Shown piece by piece: positions 1 through 9,828 of a DNA stretch of 64,000 bases (the first letter of the stretch is position 1; each line of letters begins with the position of its first letter). The translations under genes and the position numbers were made by a program. The notes beneath the pieces are model-generated. The model was not told where the DNA came from and made no database searches. It worked only from the letters and a program-made list of their open reading frames with translations. The DNA lies in assembly GCA_038065495.1 (NCBI GenBank), contig JBBTQW010000002.1, positions 362,641 to 426,640 of the forward strand, given 5' to 3'. Source of the stretch: Patescibacteria group bacterium. Lineage in GTDB: Bacteria; Patescibacteriota; Minisyncoccia; Phycocordibacterales; JACOZG01.

Positions 1-107
1 TGCAATTGGCATACCAGAGTCTCCTTGTGAGAAAAAACGAAACCTCAACACAGCCACTTGATCCTAGGTCAAGCGCTAGTTGCTGCTACGCAACCAAGTC
101 CAATCCG

Positions 108-136
108 GGCCACTTCTTCGGAGGTGGCCTTTTTTC
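108..136 (+). terminator. Intrinsic terminator hairpin ggccacttc-ttcg-gaggtggcc followed by a T-tract, abutting the yidC stop
   Basis: GC stem of about 9 bp with one mismatch, then TTTTTTCTT on the plus strand. Confidence 0.5.
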
Positions 137-859
137 TTACCCCAAAATTTTCTCGGCCTGACGGCGGACGAACATTTCGTGGACGATAGCGAAGAGATTG
201 CTGGTGAGCCAGTAGAGCGGCACGGCGGCCGGGAGCGTGGCGGAGATGAAGATGACCATTGCAGGCATAAAGTAGCGCATCTGGAGGTTGAGACTGCGGC
301 TAAAGTCGGCTTGGAAGGACGGTGTGGCGGTCTCGCTCTTGTTAGCTGGCGGTGTGGGTGGCAGAGCCAAGCGCATCTGGAAGAACTGCGTGACACCAAC
401 TAAAATAGCCAAGTAATAATTGTGAGCGGTGATGTCTAAAAAGCCGAGAAATTGCGTATTGAGCGTCTCGGGATGCGTCACAAAACTGTAGAGAAACTCG
501 CGATTGAGTACGAAGCTGTCTTTGAAGACCCAAAACAAGGCTATTAGGATGGGTAACTGGATGATTAAGACAAGAAAACCGGCGAAAGGATTAACGCCAT
601 GCTCGCGGTACAGCGCCATCATCTGCTTGGCATGCTCGTTTTTATTATCTTTATATTTTTCTTTAAGGTTCGTGAGTTGGGGTTCGAGTTTCTTGAGCGC
701 CAACTGGGTTTTGCTCATCTTGTGCTGGAGCGGGAAGAGGAGAAATTTGACTAACAGCGTGAGAATGACGATCGCCAAGCCCACATCGGCGCCAGGCACC
801 ACAGAACTAAGCCAGATTAGGGCATTGTAGAGTGGCAAAAAGAAAATAGTGTGAAACAT
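137..859 (-). CDS. yidC: Membrane protein insertase YidC/Oxa1 family (short form)
   Basis: 240 aa. Conserved YidC core HGVNPFAGFLVLIIQLPILIALFWVF. Sits in the rpmH-rnpA-yidC arrangement. Confidence 0.85.
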   Translation of the reverse strand: MFHTIFFLPLYNALIWLSSVVPGADVGLAIVILTLLVKFLLFPLQHKMSKTQLALKKLEPQLTNLKEKYKDNKNEHAKQMMALYREHGVNPFAGFLVLIIQLPILIALFWVFKDSFVLNREFLYSFVTHPETLNTQFLGFLDITAHNYYLAILVGVTQFFQMRLALPPTPPANKSETATPSFQADFSRSLNLQMRYFMPAMVIFISATLPAAVPLYWLTSNLFAIVHEMFVRRQAEKILG

Positions 860-864
860 ATTAT

Positions 865-1212
865 TTACAGCACTTTAACTAACTTAGATTTAGTGAGTAA
901 CTCTGTTAGTTTAAGCTTTAGCTCCGCAAAAGACCAGTTTTTGACTTCTTTATTACAGAAAACTACCAACATCAAGCCGGGCAAGAGTTCTGGCGTTAAT
1001 TTAACCAAAATGGCTCTAACCCGGCGCTTGATCTGGTGCCGCGTCACAGCCAGCGGCACTTGCTTGGCTGGCACCACGATGGCAAAGCGCGACGGGAGAG
1101 CCTGATCGTCGAGCAAGGCTCTCAAAGTTAGAGCCTGATCGCCATAGCGCCGGCCGCCAGTCAGCACTTCGGCCACCTCGGTACGGGTTAATCGCTGACG
1201 GCGGGGGAGCAT
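865..1212 (-). CDS. rnpA: Ribonuclease P protein component
   Basis: 115 aa basic protein. Start overlaps the rpmH stop, the classic rpmH-rnpA arrangement. Confidence 0.8.
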   Translation of the reverse strand: MLPRRQRLTRTEVAEVLTGGRRYGDQALTLRALLDDQALPSRFAIVVPAKQVPLAVTRHQIKRRVRAILVKLTPELLPGLMLVVFCNKEVKNWSFAELKLKLTELLTKSKLVKVL

Positions 1213-1346
1213 TAGACCGTCAGCTTCTTGCGCCCTTTGCGACGGCGCGCCTGGACCACGCGGCGGCCGTTCTTGGTGGCCTGGCGGACCAAGAAGCCGT
1301 GCGTCTTAGCGCGTTTGCGCTTCTTCGGTTGATAGGTTATAGACAT
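1212..1346 (-). CDS. rpmH: 50S ribosomal protein L34
   Basis: Hand-translated 44 aa: [44 protein letters not shown]. Below the 60-aa ORF track cutoff. Confidence 0.85.
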   Translation of the reverse strand: MSITYQPKKRKRAKTHGFLVRQATKNGRRVVQARRRKGRKKLTV

Positions 1347-1444
1347 GTGGAAGAGTCTAACATAGTTGTCCACAGTAATCCACTGATTATTAACAGTTTA
1401 GACTAGTTGGACAGAGCCGCCGAAGAGCATATACTTGGTCTGCG
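1347..1444. promoter_or_regulatory. dnaA upstream region with DnaA-box-like 9-mers (TTGTCCACA, TAATCCACT)
   Basis: ttgtccaca at about 1367-1375. Likely dnaA promoter or autoregulation site, or part of oriC. Confidence 0.4.
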
Positions 1445-2800
1445 ATGCAAGACCACAAAACACTTTGGAGCAATGCGTTGGTGGAAATTGAGCTAGAAGT
1501 CTCGCGCGCCAACTTTGGCACTTGGTTTAAGAACACGAAAATTGTCAAAGAAGATGACGGCATCATCCATCTCGGCGTGCCCAATGCTTTTGTCAAAGAC
1601 TGGTTGTTTAAGAAATATCACAAATCTATTCTCCGCTCACTGCGTAATCTCTTCCCAGAAATTCGCGCAGTTGAATATTTAATTATCAAAGCTGAAGTCG
1701 AGACAGAAAATGCCAAAGCCAATCTCCAGCCAACCCTCGTTAGTCCGCAGTTAAATTTAACCGAGCTCTACACTAATCGCGAGGACAACCTCAATCCCAA
1801 ATACATCTTCGAGTCATTTATTGTTGGGCCATTTAATGAACTGGCGCACGCAGCCACGCAAGCGGTGATCAAACAACCTGGCCAGAGCTACAATCCGCTC
1901 TTTATCTACGGTGGCACCGGCCTGGGCAAGACGCACTTGATCCAATCTGTCGGCAATTACATTAAGAAAAACTATCCGGGCAAAAAAGCATTCTACATTA
2001 CTTCCGAACAGTTTACGGTTGACTATGTTAACGCCATGCAGAACAACAAAGGCAATTTGTTTAAAGAAAAATACCGACGCTATGATCTCCTAATCATTGA
2101 CGATGTCCAGTTCTTCTCAAACAAAGAGCGCACGCAAGAAGAGCTTTTTCATCTCTTCAATCATTTTCACGATAATGGCAAGCAGATTATCTTCTCGTCT
2201 GATAAAGCGCCCAAGCAGATCCCCGATATCGAGGAGCGCTTGCGATCACGCTTTGAGGGCGGAATGATGGTCGATATCAGTAAGCCAGAATACGAGTCGC
2301 GTCTCGCTATTTTGCGCACCAAGAGTGGTCAATTACAGTTTAATCTACCGCCAGAGACGCTCGAGTATATTGCAGAAGTAATTCAGGATAACATCAGAGA
2401 GCTAGAGGGCTGCTTGAACACGATTATCTGCCAGAGTCAGCTCAAGAATAGACACTTGACGCTATCAGAAGTCAAAACGCTGATCAAGAACAATATCAAG
2501 CCGAAGAAAATGGCTTCGATCCAAGACGTGGCAAATATTATTTCTAGTTTCTACAACATCACTGAGAAGAACTTATACGAGAAAACAAGAAAGAAAGAAG
2601 TAGTTAAGCCCCGACAGGTGATGATGTACTTGTTGCGTGAAGACTTCAACACTTCTTATCCGTATATTGGCCAGAAGTTGGGCGGACGCGATCACACCAC
2701 CGTGATCCACGCTTATGAGAAGGTAAAAAAAGAAGTGCTAACTGATGATAATCTCAAGCGCGAGATCGAGCAAATTAGAAACCTAATTTATCAGGGATAA
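1445..2800 (+). CDS. dnaA: Chromosomal replication initiator DnaA
   Basis: 451 aa. AAA+ Walker A GGTGLGKTHL. C-terminal DnaA-box-binding domain. Confidence 0.95.
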   Translation: MQDHKTLWSNALVEIELEVSRANFGTWFKNTKIVKEDDGIIHLGVPNAFVKDWLFKKYHKSILRSLRNLFPEIRAVEYLIIKAEVETENAKANLQPTLVSPQLNLTELYTNREDNLNPKYIFESFIVGPFNELAHAATQAVIKQPGQSYNPLFIYGGTGLGKTHLIQSVGNYIKKNYPGKKAFYITSEQFTVDYVNAMQNNKGNLFKEKYRRYDLLIIDDVQFFSNKERTQEELFHLFNHFHDNGKQIIFSSDKAPKQIPDIEERLRSRFEGGMMVDISKPEYESRLAILRTKSGQLQFNLPPETLEYIAEVIQDNIRELEGCLNTIICQSQLKNRHLTLSEVKTLIKNNIKPKKMASIQDVANIISSFYNITEKNLYEKTRKKEVVKPRQVMMYLLREDFNTSYPYIGQKLGGRDHTTVIHAYEKVKKEVLTDDNLKREIEQIRNLIYQG

Positions 2801-3033
2801 ACTCGGGATAACTTAGGGAAAAGTTTGGGATAAGTCATGAATAAATTGCCCAGAAAAAAAGTTTAAAAAATTATTATCAAGTGTCGTCCCCAAGTTTAGA
2901 AAAAATAAAATGTCAGAAAAGCTTTATCTAGTAACAGTTTCTCGGACTTATCCACTTATTAACAAGTTTAATAATAAAATATTTTATTTAGCTAAATAAA
3001 TTAATTAATAACTAAAACAGAAAATAAAAAGTT
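2801..3033. promoter_or_regulatory. AT-rich dnaA-dnaN intergenic region, candidate oriC with a DNA-unwinding element
   Basis: Very AT-rich 230 nt. DnaA-box TTATCCACT at about 2949-2957 and degenerate boxes at 2811-2840. Confidence 0.5.
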
Positions 3034-4140
3034 ATGAAACTAGAATGCCAGAAAGAAAAACTAAAAGAAGTGATCGCGCTAGCCGAGCGGATGACGGGCA
3101 AGAATCTCTCACTGCCAGTCTTGGCGCGCGTGCTCTTGATCGCCGAAGAAAGGCATTTAATAATCAGAGCGACTAATTTAGATTTGGGCTTGGAATGGCA
3201 ATTGCCGGCGAAGGTGGAGAAAACTGGTCAGGTGCTGGTAAATGGTGCCGTGCTGGCGAATTTCTTGGCAAATATTGGCGTGGTGGAAGATAAAATTAAA
3301 CTGGAGCTGGCTGGTGAAAACTTAAGCTTAACTAGTACCAGACACAAGACTGTCTTGAAAGTTTATCCGGCCGAAGACTTTCCCACTTTGCCAGAGATTG
3401 CTGGTACGGGTAAGTTAGCTCTCCCGGCCAGTGATCTGCTCGCTGGTTTACGTTCGGTAGCTTATGCTGCGGCACTGAACGATATTAAACCGGAGATTGC
3501 CAGTGTTTACCTGCACACGCAGCCGGGCTGTTTATTACTCGTCGCCACGGATTCGTTTCGCTTAGCCGAGAGCAAGATTAGCTTGAGCCACAGTCTGGAG
3601 AACAAGCTTAGGTTAATTATCCCGATTCGGAATATTACGGAAATTATGCGTGTGCTAGAGCGTTTGCCGGCGCAAGTGGAGTTAATTTATGATCAGCATC
3701 AGTTATCACTCAAGGCCGAGCAAGTCACACTCACTTCGCGCTTGATTGATGGCATCTTCCCTGATTATCAACAATTAATTCCCACCAAATCAGCCACGCA
3801 AGTGACACTCGATAAAACCGAGCTATTATCCACGCTGCGCGTCGCCAATATCTTTACCGATAGACTCAACCACGTAACGCTCAAAGTGCGCCCAGAAGAG
3901 CAATTGGTGGAAATGGAGAGCCGTAGCGGCGAGGTTGGTGAGGATACTAGTTTGTTGCCAGCAACAATCAGTGGTGAAGAACTCATAATCAGCTTTAATT
4001 CACGTTACTTGATCGAAGGTTTACAGTCTGTGATGTCAGATAAAGTATTTCTACAGTTTAATGGCAAAACTAAAGCGATTGTGGTGACCGGTGCGGGCGA
4101 GCAAGCTTTTACTTATCTCATCATGCCACTGAACCGGTAA
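3034..4140 (+). CDS. dnaN: DNA polymerase III beta sliding clamp
   Basis: 368 aa, immediately downstream of dnaA. Three-domain clamp length. Confidence 0.9.
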   Translation: MKLECQKEKLKEVIALAERMTGKNLSLPVLARVLLIAEERHLIIRATNLDLGLEWQLPAKVEKTGQVLVNGAVLANFLANIGVVEDKIKLELAGENLSLTSTRHKTVLKVYPAEDFPTLPEIAGTGKLALPASDLLAGLRSVAYAAALNDIKPEIASVYLHTQPGCLLLVATDSFRLAESKISLSHSLENKLRLIIPIRNITEIMRVLERLPAQVELIYDQHQLSLKAEQVTLTSRLIDGIFPDYQQLIPTKSATQVTLDKTELLSTLRVANIFTDRLNHVTLKVRPEEQLVEMESRSGEVGEDTSLLPATISGEELIISFNSRYLIEGLQSVMSDKVFLQFNGKTKAIVVTGAGEQAFTYLIMPLNR

Positions 4141-4176
4141 TTTTTAATTTTAAAATAATAATAAAAATAGAATAGA

Positions 4177-4434
4177 GTGGAAAAATTAGCTTTATTTCTC
4201 GATAAATTTAAGTTACTCAAGACACTCGATTTTGATCTCAAAGCAGTGCTAACTTCTAGCATCAAGAAACACACGGGACTAGAAATTTTGCCGGAAGATA
4301 TTAGCGTCACGCGTCACGGTGTTTATCTTCAGATTTCTTCTAGCTTTAAGAGTGTGATTTTTATCAACCGTGAGAAAATCGAAGCAGATGTGTTGCAACA
4401 AACTAATTATCTTCAGCCGCCGAACGTGATTTAG
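4177..4434 (+). CDS. DUF721/DciA-like small protein (putative helicase-loader family)
   Basis: 85 aa. KKHTG...SVTRHGVYLQISSSFKSVIF resembles the DUF721 core. Position after dnaN is typical for this family. Confidence 0.4.
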   Translation: MEKLALFLDKFKLLKTLDFDLKAVLTSSIKKHTGLEILPEDISVTRHGVYLQISSSFKSVIFINREKIEADVLQQTNYLQPPNVI

Positions 4435-4450
4435 CTCCTAGTTTTCTAGA

Positions 4451-6922
4451 TTACTCAATATTGTTCAATAGCAAGTGCGTTTCGATTTCGTTTTTGTTAC
4501 CTACGCTGTCGCGGACGATCAAGCGCAAGAGATTGTCAGTTTTTAAATTATCAACGTCGGCCGGCACAAACGAGAATTCTACTGGTGGCTGCTTTACCGA
4601 GCCGAGATAAGCGCTATTGAGGAAATAATCCACTTGGCCAAGCGGGAAGCGCCCGCTGTAGCTGGCACTAATCTTGATTAAACTATTGGCCGGGTAACTT
4701 TTCTTCAAATCCGGCGCGAGTAAGACTAAATTAGGTTTGTAATCAGCGAGGTGCACGTCGTCTGTGGCTTGCGGTAGGTCAGTATCCGTTTGTTCGCGGA
4801 TATTTTGCGTTGCTAGCCAGCGGCGCACTGGCCCTTCCCACAGATCAAACTGCGGATCATCTTGGCGGTCGAGCCAGTAGAGAATCGAGTGGACTTGGGT
4901 GAGCACGCGCTCTTCTTGCGTCTCCGGTGGTGTGTATTCGGTCGCTAATTTACCCGACACTTTATCTACCAAGTAGCTCTTGCCGCCTTGCCAGAAGCCG
5001 CGCATCACCGGCGGCAGTTCGGTATTGAGTGGCTCTGGTTTAGTAAAAGTTTCAACTGGGATAACCTTGAAAGCTTCGGCCATAAAGGCGTGCCAGAGTG
5101 GCGCCACAATCAAGCCAGCCACCTTCTTCTCCATCGGACTATTGTCGTTATTGCCAGCCCAGGCGCCCACCGCAATATTTGGCGTGTAACCCACAATCCA
5201 GGCGTCTTTCGAGTCATTTGTTGTACCAGTCTTGGCGGCGACTGGCCGGTCAGAGAAATACAGCGGCGAATTAGCGCCATAAGCCGGCACGCGCGCCACG
5301 TTGTCTGACAAAATGTCAGAAATTAAACGCGCCGTATTGGCTGGCAAGACTTCGCGCGGCTTGGGTGTAAATTCTTCCAGAATATTGCCGGCGTCATCTT
5401 CTACTTTTAAGATCGCCGTGTATGGATTCCTGATGCCATCGTTGGCAAAGACGCCGTAGGCACTGGTCATGTCGAGTGGCGAGACTTCGCCACCGCCGAG
5501 CACCAGCGTGAGGCCGTATTGGCTCGCTGTCGTCAGACTCTCAATGCCCATGTTTTTTGCGAGATTAAGCGTATCTTTTAGACCCGCGAGATAAAGCACT
5601 TTTAGCGACGGAATGTTGATGGATTGTCCTAGCGCCTCGCGCATACTCATTGGGCCGCGGAATTTGTCGTCATAATTTTTTGGCTTATAACAATCGCCAC
5701 CGGTCTGATTACATGTGGTATCAAACTGCGTTTCGAGATCGAAGAGCATAGTCTCCGGCGTATAGCCTTTGTTGAAAGCCTCCGCATAAGCAAAAGGTTT
5801 AAACGCCGAACCCGGCTGGCGATGGGCGAGCGCGATATTAAAGTTTCCCTCATCTTTAGTATTAAAGTAATCTTTCGAACCAACCATCACTAGCACTTGG
5901 CCAGTCTTGGGATCAATCGCTACGAGGCTGGCGTTTTTCGCATTAAATTTCGCCAGATTTTCCTCCGCATATTGCTTCACAATTTCTTCGGCCTTTTGTT
6001 GGAGCGGGAAATCCAGTGTTGTTGTCACTTTTAAGCCGCGAGAATCCAGCGCCTCTTTGCCATACTTTTCTTCCAGATAATCACGGACCCAGAGCACAAA
6101 GTGGGGCGCCTTAATACCTTGCTCATTGGTCGTCAAGAAAGTCACTTTTTCTGCCAGCGCTTGCTCTTGTTCTACTTTAGTAATCAAGCTCAATTCTGCC
6201 ATGCGGTTTATTACCACATTTTTGCGTTTATCCAGATCAGCCCGGTGACTGCCATATGGTGAGTAATAAGTTGGCGCTTTCGGGATCGCCGCCAGGTAAG
6301 CCGCTTCGGCGAGAGTCGCTTCGCTAGCTGGTTTGCCAAAGAAAGTTTCCGAGGCTTCTTCCACACCGTAGATACTGCCGCCGTAAGGGATTTCGTTCAG
6401 GTAATGCGCCAAGATTTCGTCTTTGCCCATCACTTGCTCTAGCTTGAGTGAGAGAATCAACTCTTTGATTTTTCTCGCCCAACTCCGGTCTTGCGTTAGG
6501 AGCGAGTTTTTCACTAATTGCTGAGTAATAGTCGAGCCACCTTGCCGCACGCCACCAGCGCCGAGGTTGGCGATGAAAGCGCGCAAGATCGAGCTAATCA
6601 TCACGCCATTGTGCTGGTAAAACCGATCATCTTCGATCGCAATTGTGGCACTCTGGATATTCTTAGAGATTTCTGTAAGTGGTACAACCTGACGCTTGAT
6701 ATTGTTGTGGATGTCGTAGAGCAAAATCTTGCCGGTTTTATCGTAAATCTTAGTCGATTTGGTCACTACGCGTTCGGTAAAGTTATCAAAAGAGGGGATC
6801 TTGAGATTGGCGAACCACAAAGCGAGCAAGCCTCCACCGAGGAAGCAGGCAATTAGCACTATCAGCACGATTTTTACAGCCAGATGCTTAATATTCTCAC
6901 TATAACATTTTTCCCGTTTTTT
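4451..6922 (-). CDS. Class A penicillin-binding protein 1A (glycosyltransferase plus transpeptidase) with a long C-terminal extension
   Basis: GT51 motifs EDDRFYQHNG and QGGSTITQQLVKN. TPase SAFKPF (SxxK) and KTGTTND. True start is unresolved (see finding). The track ORF runs to 7108 through a low-complexity R/H/S-rich N-terminal stretch and a hairpin. Confidence 0.85.
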   Translation of the reverse strand, partial: KKREKCYSENIKHLAVKIVLIVLIACFLGGGLLALWFANLKIPSFDNFTERVVTKSTKIYDKTGKILLYDIHNNIKRQVVPLTEISKNIQSATIAIEDDRFYQHNGVMISSILRAFIANLGAGGVRQGGSTITQQLVKNSLLTQDRSWARKIKELILSLKLEQVMGKDEILAHYLNEIPYGGSIYGVEEASETFFGKPASEATLAEAAYLAAIPKAPTYYSPYGSHRADLDKRKNVVINRMAELSLITKVEQEQALAEKVTFLTTNEQGIKAPHFVLWVRDYLEEKYGKEALDSRGLKVTTTLDFPLQQKAEEIVKQYAEENLAKFNAKNASLVAIDPKTGQVLVMVGSKDYFNTKDEGNFNIALAHRQPGSAFKPFAYAEAFNKGYTPETMLFDLETQFDTTCNQTGGDCYKPKNYDDKFRGPMSMREALGQSINIPSLKVLYLAGLKDTLNLAKNMGIESLTTASQYGLTLVLGGGEVSPLDMTSAYGVFANDGIRNPYTAILKVEDDAGNILEEFTPKPREVLPANTARLISDILSDNVARVPAYGANSPLYFSDRPVAAKTGTTNDSKDAWIVGYTPNIAVGAWAGNNDNSPMEKKVAGLIVAPLWHAFMAEAFKVIPVETFTKPEPLNTELPPVMRGFWQGGKSYLVDKVSGKLATEYTPPETQEERVLTQVHSILYWLDRQDDPQFDLWEGPVRRWLATQNIREQTDTDLPQATDDVHLADYKPNLVLLAPDLKKSYPANSLIKISASYSGRFPLGQVDYFLNSAYLGSVKQPPVEFSFVPADVDNLKTDNLLRLIVRDSVGNKNEIETHLLLNNIE

Positions 6923-6924
6923 GG

Positions 6925-6968
6925 CGAAAAGAAAAAACGCCAGATCCCATTTCTGGGACGTGGCGTTT
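6925..6968 (-). terminator. Hairpin aacgcca-gatccca/tgggacg-tggcgtt with a T-rich tail on the minus strand
   Basis: 12-14 bp imperfect stem, then TTTTTCTTTTCGCC on the minus strand, downstream of the small gene 6991-7209. Confidence 0.4.
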
Positions 6969-6990
6969 GGTAGCAAGATCTGCTGGCCTG

Positions 6991-7209
6991 CTAGTCTCTC
7001 AAGATTAGTCTCTTGGTGACGACTGTATCTTGAACGGCTGTCTTGGTGGTGTGTTGTTCGACAACCTTCACCGTGACGTAAAGAGAGATGAAGGCAATAG
7101 CGAAGCAAGTAAGAATACTCAATGGTCTTTTTGCATGCTCAATAAACATCCCCGCCGCAAAAGTGACCATGAAAGATACCCCGATTGTAAGCAATACTAC
7201 ATTGGACAT
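6991..7209 (-). CDS. Small membrane protein (2 TM helices), hypothetical
   Basis: 72 aa from an internal Met (MSNVVLLTIGVSF...) with GGAG 7 nt upstream. Strong promoter TTGACA-N16-TGCTATAAT on the minus strand at 7270-7297. Confidence 0.5.
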   Translation of the reverse strand: MSNVVLLTIGVSFMVTFAAGMFIEHAKRPLSILTCFAIAFISLYVTVKVVEQHTTKTAVQDTVVTKRLILRD

Positions 7210-7269
7210 CGGAACACTCCAGTTTTGTAGGTTCATTCGAAGCAAGGACAATCCAAGCCTCCAACTCCT

Positions 7270-7297
7270 ATTATAGCAAGTCCACAGAACTTGTCAA
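7270..7297 (-). promoter_or_regulatory. Sigma-70 promoter with extended -10 (TTGACA / TGCTATAAT)
   Basis: Reverse complement reads cTTGACAagttctgtggacTTGCTATAAT. Near-identical spacer (ttctgtgga) to the promoter at 23303. Confidence 0.6.
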
Positions 7298-7360
7298 GAG
7301 GTAAAACGTGGCTCTAAATATAGCTGGTTTTGGTGTTAATTTTTGTGATAAGATATTGAA

Positions 7361-8524
7361 ATGAATAGTGATTTGCTCACCCGGGCTGTTTCTAATATCT
7401 ATCCAGCATCAGAAAAGCTGAAAAGCGCGCTGGAAAGTGGTCAGAAATTGCGTATTTACTTTGGCATTGACCCAACGGGGCCAACTTTGCACGTTGGGCA
7501 TTTGTCTGTTTTGCTAAAACTGCGTGATTTGCAGAACTTGGGTGAGCAGATCAAGATTGTGATCTTGTTTGGCGACTTTACGGCGCAGATTGGTGATCCA
7601 ACGGATAAGAGTGCTGTGCGGAAAATGTTGACGCCAGAAACTATTTCGGAAAATCTAAAAAATTATCGCGAACAGATTGGCAAAATTCTAGATTTAGAAA
7701 AAACGGAGTTTAGAAATAACAGCGAGTGGTTAGCGAAGCTTGGTTTGGAAAAATTATTGCCACTGGCATCAGAATTTACGGTGTCGCAAATGCTTGAACG
7801 CGACATGTTTCAAGAAAGAATCAAGAAAGAGTCACCGATTTATCTTCACGAATTTCTCTATCCGCTTTTGCAAGGTTACGATTCTGTTGTGTTAGAAGTA
7901 GATATGGAAATCGGCGGCAATGATCAGACTTTCAACATGCTTGTCGGTCGTGACCTCTTGAAAAAATTAAAAAGCAAAGAAAAGTTTGTGCTCGCGACTA
8001 AGTTACTGACAGATTCAGGTGGCGAGAAGATGGGCAAGACCACGGGCAACATGGTCGCTTTCGCTGACACTCCCACCGATGCTTATGGCAAAGTGATGAG
8101 CTGGCCGGATTCTCTTTTGCCACTAGCTTTTGAGCTCTGCACGAGATTAAGTGATGAAGAAGTAAAAAATATTTTGGCTGGTCATCCCAAAGAGGCCAAG
8201 ATGAAACTCGCGCACGAGATTGTCACACTAATTCATGACTCTAAATTAGCTGGCCAAGCAGAAGAATCTTTTGTGCAGACTTTTCAGAAAGAAGCAGAAC
8301 CAACTGAGTGGCAAGAGCTGACGGGGAAAGCGGGAGAGAAGATTTCAGAAATTTTAGTGAGTAATAGTGTAGTAAAGTCTAAAACTGATTTTAGAAATTT
8401 GGTGGAAGCCGGAGCGGTAGAGGAGTGGCCAAATAAAAATCCGATCGTTGCCGATCAGATTTTTACTGCGGAAATCAAGCTAAGGATTGGCAAGAAGCGC
8501 TTTGTGCGCATCCGGCCGGCTTAA
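7361..8524 (+). CDS. tyrS: Tyrosyl-tRNA synthetase
   Basis: 387 aa. HIGH motif (HVGHL). KMSKS variant KMGKT. C-terminal S4-like region. Confidence 0.9.
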   Translation: MNSDLLTRAVSNIYPASEKLKSALESGQKLRIYFGIDPTGPTLHVGHLSVLLKLRDLQNLGEQIKIVILFGDFTAQIGDPTDKSAVRKMLTPETISENLKNYREQIGKILDLEKTEFRNNSEWLAKLGLEKLLPLASEFTVSQMLERDMFQERIKKESPIYLHEFLYPLLQGYDSVVLEVDMEIGGNDQTFNMLVGRDLLKKLKSKEKFVLATKLLTDSGGEKMGKTTGNMVAFADTPTDAYGKVMSWPDSLLPLAFELCTRLSDEEVKNILAGHPKEAKMKLAHEIVTLIHDSKLAGQAEESFVQTFQKEAEPTEWQELTGKAGEKISEILVSNSVVKSKTDFRNLVEAGAVEEWPNKNPIVADQIFTAEIKLRIGKKRFVRIRPA

Positions 8525-8747
8525 CTACATCTCCAACTCGTCATCAAGCTCGTCATCATCTTCTTCGCCCGGGACTTTTTCGAGGTCGCTCTCTAATTCG
8601 TCATCGCCTAGGCCCATACCAGCTTCATTTTCGATATCGTCCATAAAATATTTAACTTAATTTTGCTACTTAATTTGTAACGCCCTCATTTTTAGCACCA
8701 TCAAGCTAGTTTGGCAAGAAGATTTCTGGCGACTTGTGGATAACTGT

Positions 8748-9224
8748 TTAGGCCCGCGCCAGCGCCGTTAGAGCCAGCCCAATCGCATCGTATTCGTCAT
8801 CATGTTTGATCGCTTTGTTTATTTTGATCAGCTTGGGCAACATTTGCATCATTTGCGCTTTATCTGCTCGGCCGTAGCCGGTGATTGTCAGTTTCACAGT
8901 GTTCGGCGAGTGTTCGGAAATTTCTAAGTTATTTTTCTCGGCCAGATAGATAATCATTCCGCGCACGCTCGCTACCGCCATCGCCGTCTTCTGATTCTTG
9001 GCGAAAAATAAATCCTCTAGTGCCAAGCAGTCTGGCTGATATTTCTTAATAATTTTTTCTAATTCTGTACCCAGCTTCAACAATCTTTTAGAAAAAGTAA
9101 GATTCTTAGATGTAATTAAACAGTCAGAGTAAATTAGAATTTCTTGATTATTAGTGTTTTTACTTTTTTCTACAATAGCGACACCCAATCGCTCATAACC
9201 CGGATCAATGCCTAAAATCTTCAT
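8748..9224 (-). CDS. ruvC: Holliday junction resolvase RuvC
   Basis: 158 aa. N-terminus MKILGIDPGYERLGVAIVE is typical of RuvC. Confidence 0.85.
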   Translation of the reverse strand: MKILGIDPGYERLGVAIVEKSKNTNNQEILIYSDCLITSKNLTFSKRLLKLGTELEKIIKKYQPDCLALEDLFFAKNQKTAMAVASVRGMIIYLAEKNNLEISEHSPNTVKLTITGYGRADKAQMMQMLPKLIKINKAIKHDDEYDAIGLALTALARA

Positions 9225-9760
9225 GCCAGATTGGTCACTATTTTTTTAATATCCTCGTGGCTTTCTAATTCTTCTAGTAAAATATTTATTTTCTCACGAT
9301 CTTCAGTGCCCACTTCTGTTGTCATTTCTGCTGTCCAGTCAGTATTATTTATTTTTTTGAAAGCCCAAGTCACCGAGCCAGGCGTGGCCAGATTCCCGCC
9401 ATGTTCGGCCAGCAAGTGCTTAATTTCCTGATTAGTTCTGTTGTTGTTATCCGTAATGCCTTCAATCAGAATCGCCACACCGCCCGGGCCATAAACCTCG
9501 TACAAGACTTCCTGCAGTTCTGCACCGCCTTTATCTGTCGCATTTTTAATCGCCCTGTCTATATTCTCATTCGGCATATTTGCCGTGCGCGCCTTCTCAA
9601 TCGCCGTGCGCAGGCCGGGCAAATTCCGATCGCCGTTTGCTTTTTTTGCTTCTACCGAGATAGTTTTGGCCAAGATGCCAAAGAGTTTGCTTTTCTTACC
9701 GTCCTCTGCGCCTTTTTGCCGCTTAATCTGCGACCATTTGTTATGTCCAGCCATTGCCAC
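9221..9760 (-). CDS. YebC/PmpR family DNA-binding regulatory protein
   Basis: 179 aa. N-terminus MAGHNKWSQIKRQKGAEDGKKSKLF matches the YebC family. Shorter than the typical 240 aa. Confidence 0.75.
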   Translation of the reverse strand: MAMAGHNKWSQIKRQKGAEDGKKSKLFGILAKTISVEAKKANGDRNLPGLRTAIEKARTANMPNENIDRAIKNATDKGGAELQEVLYEVYGPGGVAILIEGITDNNNRTNQEIKHLLAEHGGNLATPGSVTWAFKKINNTDWTAEMTTEVGTEDREKINILLEELESHEDIKKIVTNLA

Positions 9761-9800
9761 AGCTTATATAGTTTAGTTATTTAATGCAAAGTCTTAGCCC

Positions 9801-9828
9801 TTGACAAGTTCTGTGCATATGCTATGCT
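9801..9828 (+). promoter_or_regulatory. Promoter TTGACA-N16-TGcTATGCT
   Basis: cTTGACAagttctgtgcataTGCTATGCT upstream of the secreted-protein gene. Confidence 0.55.
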
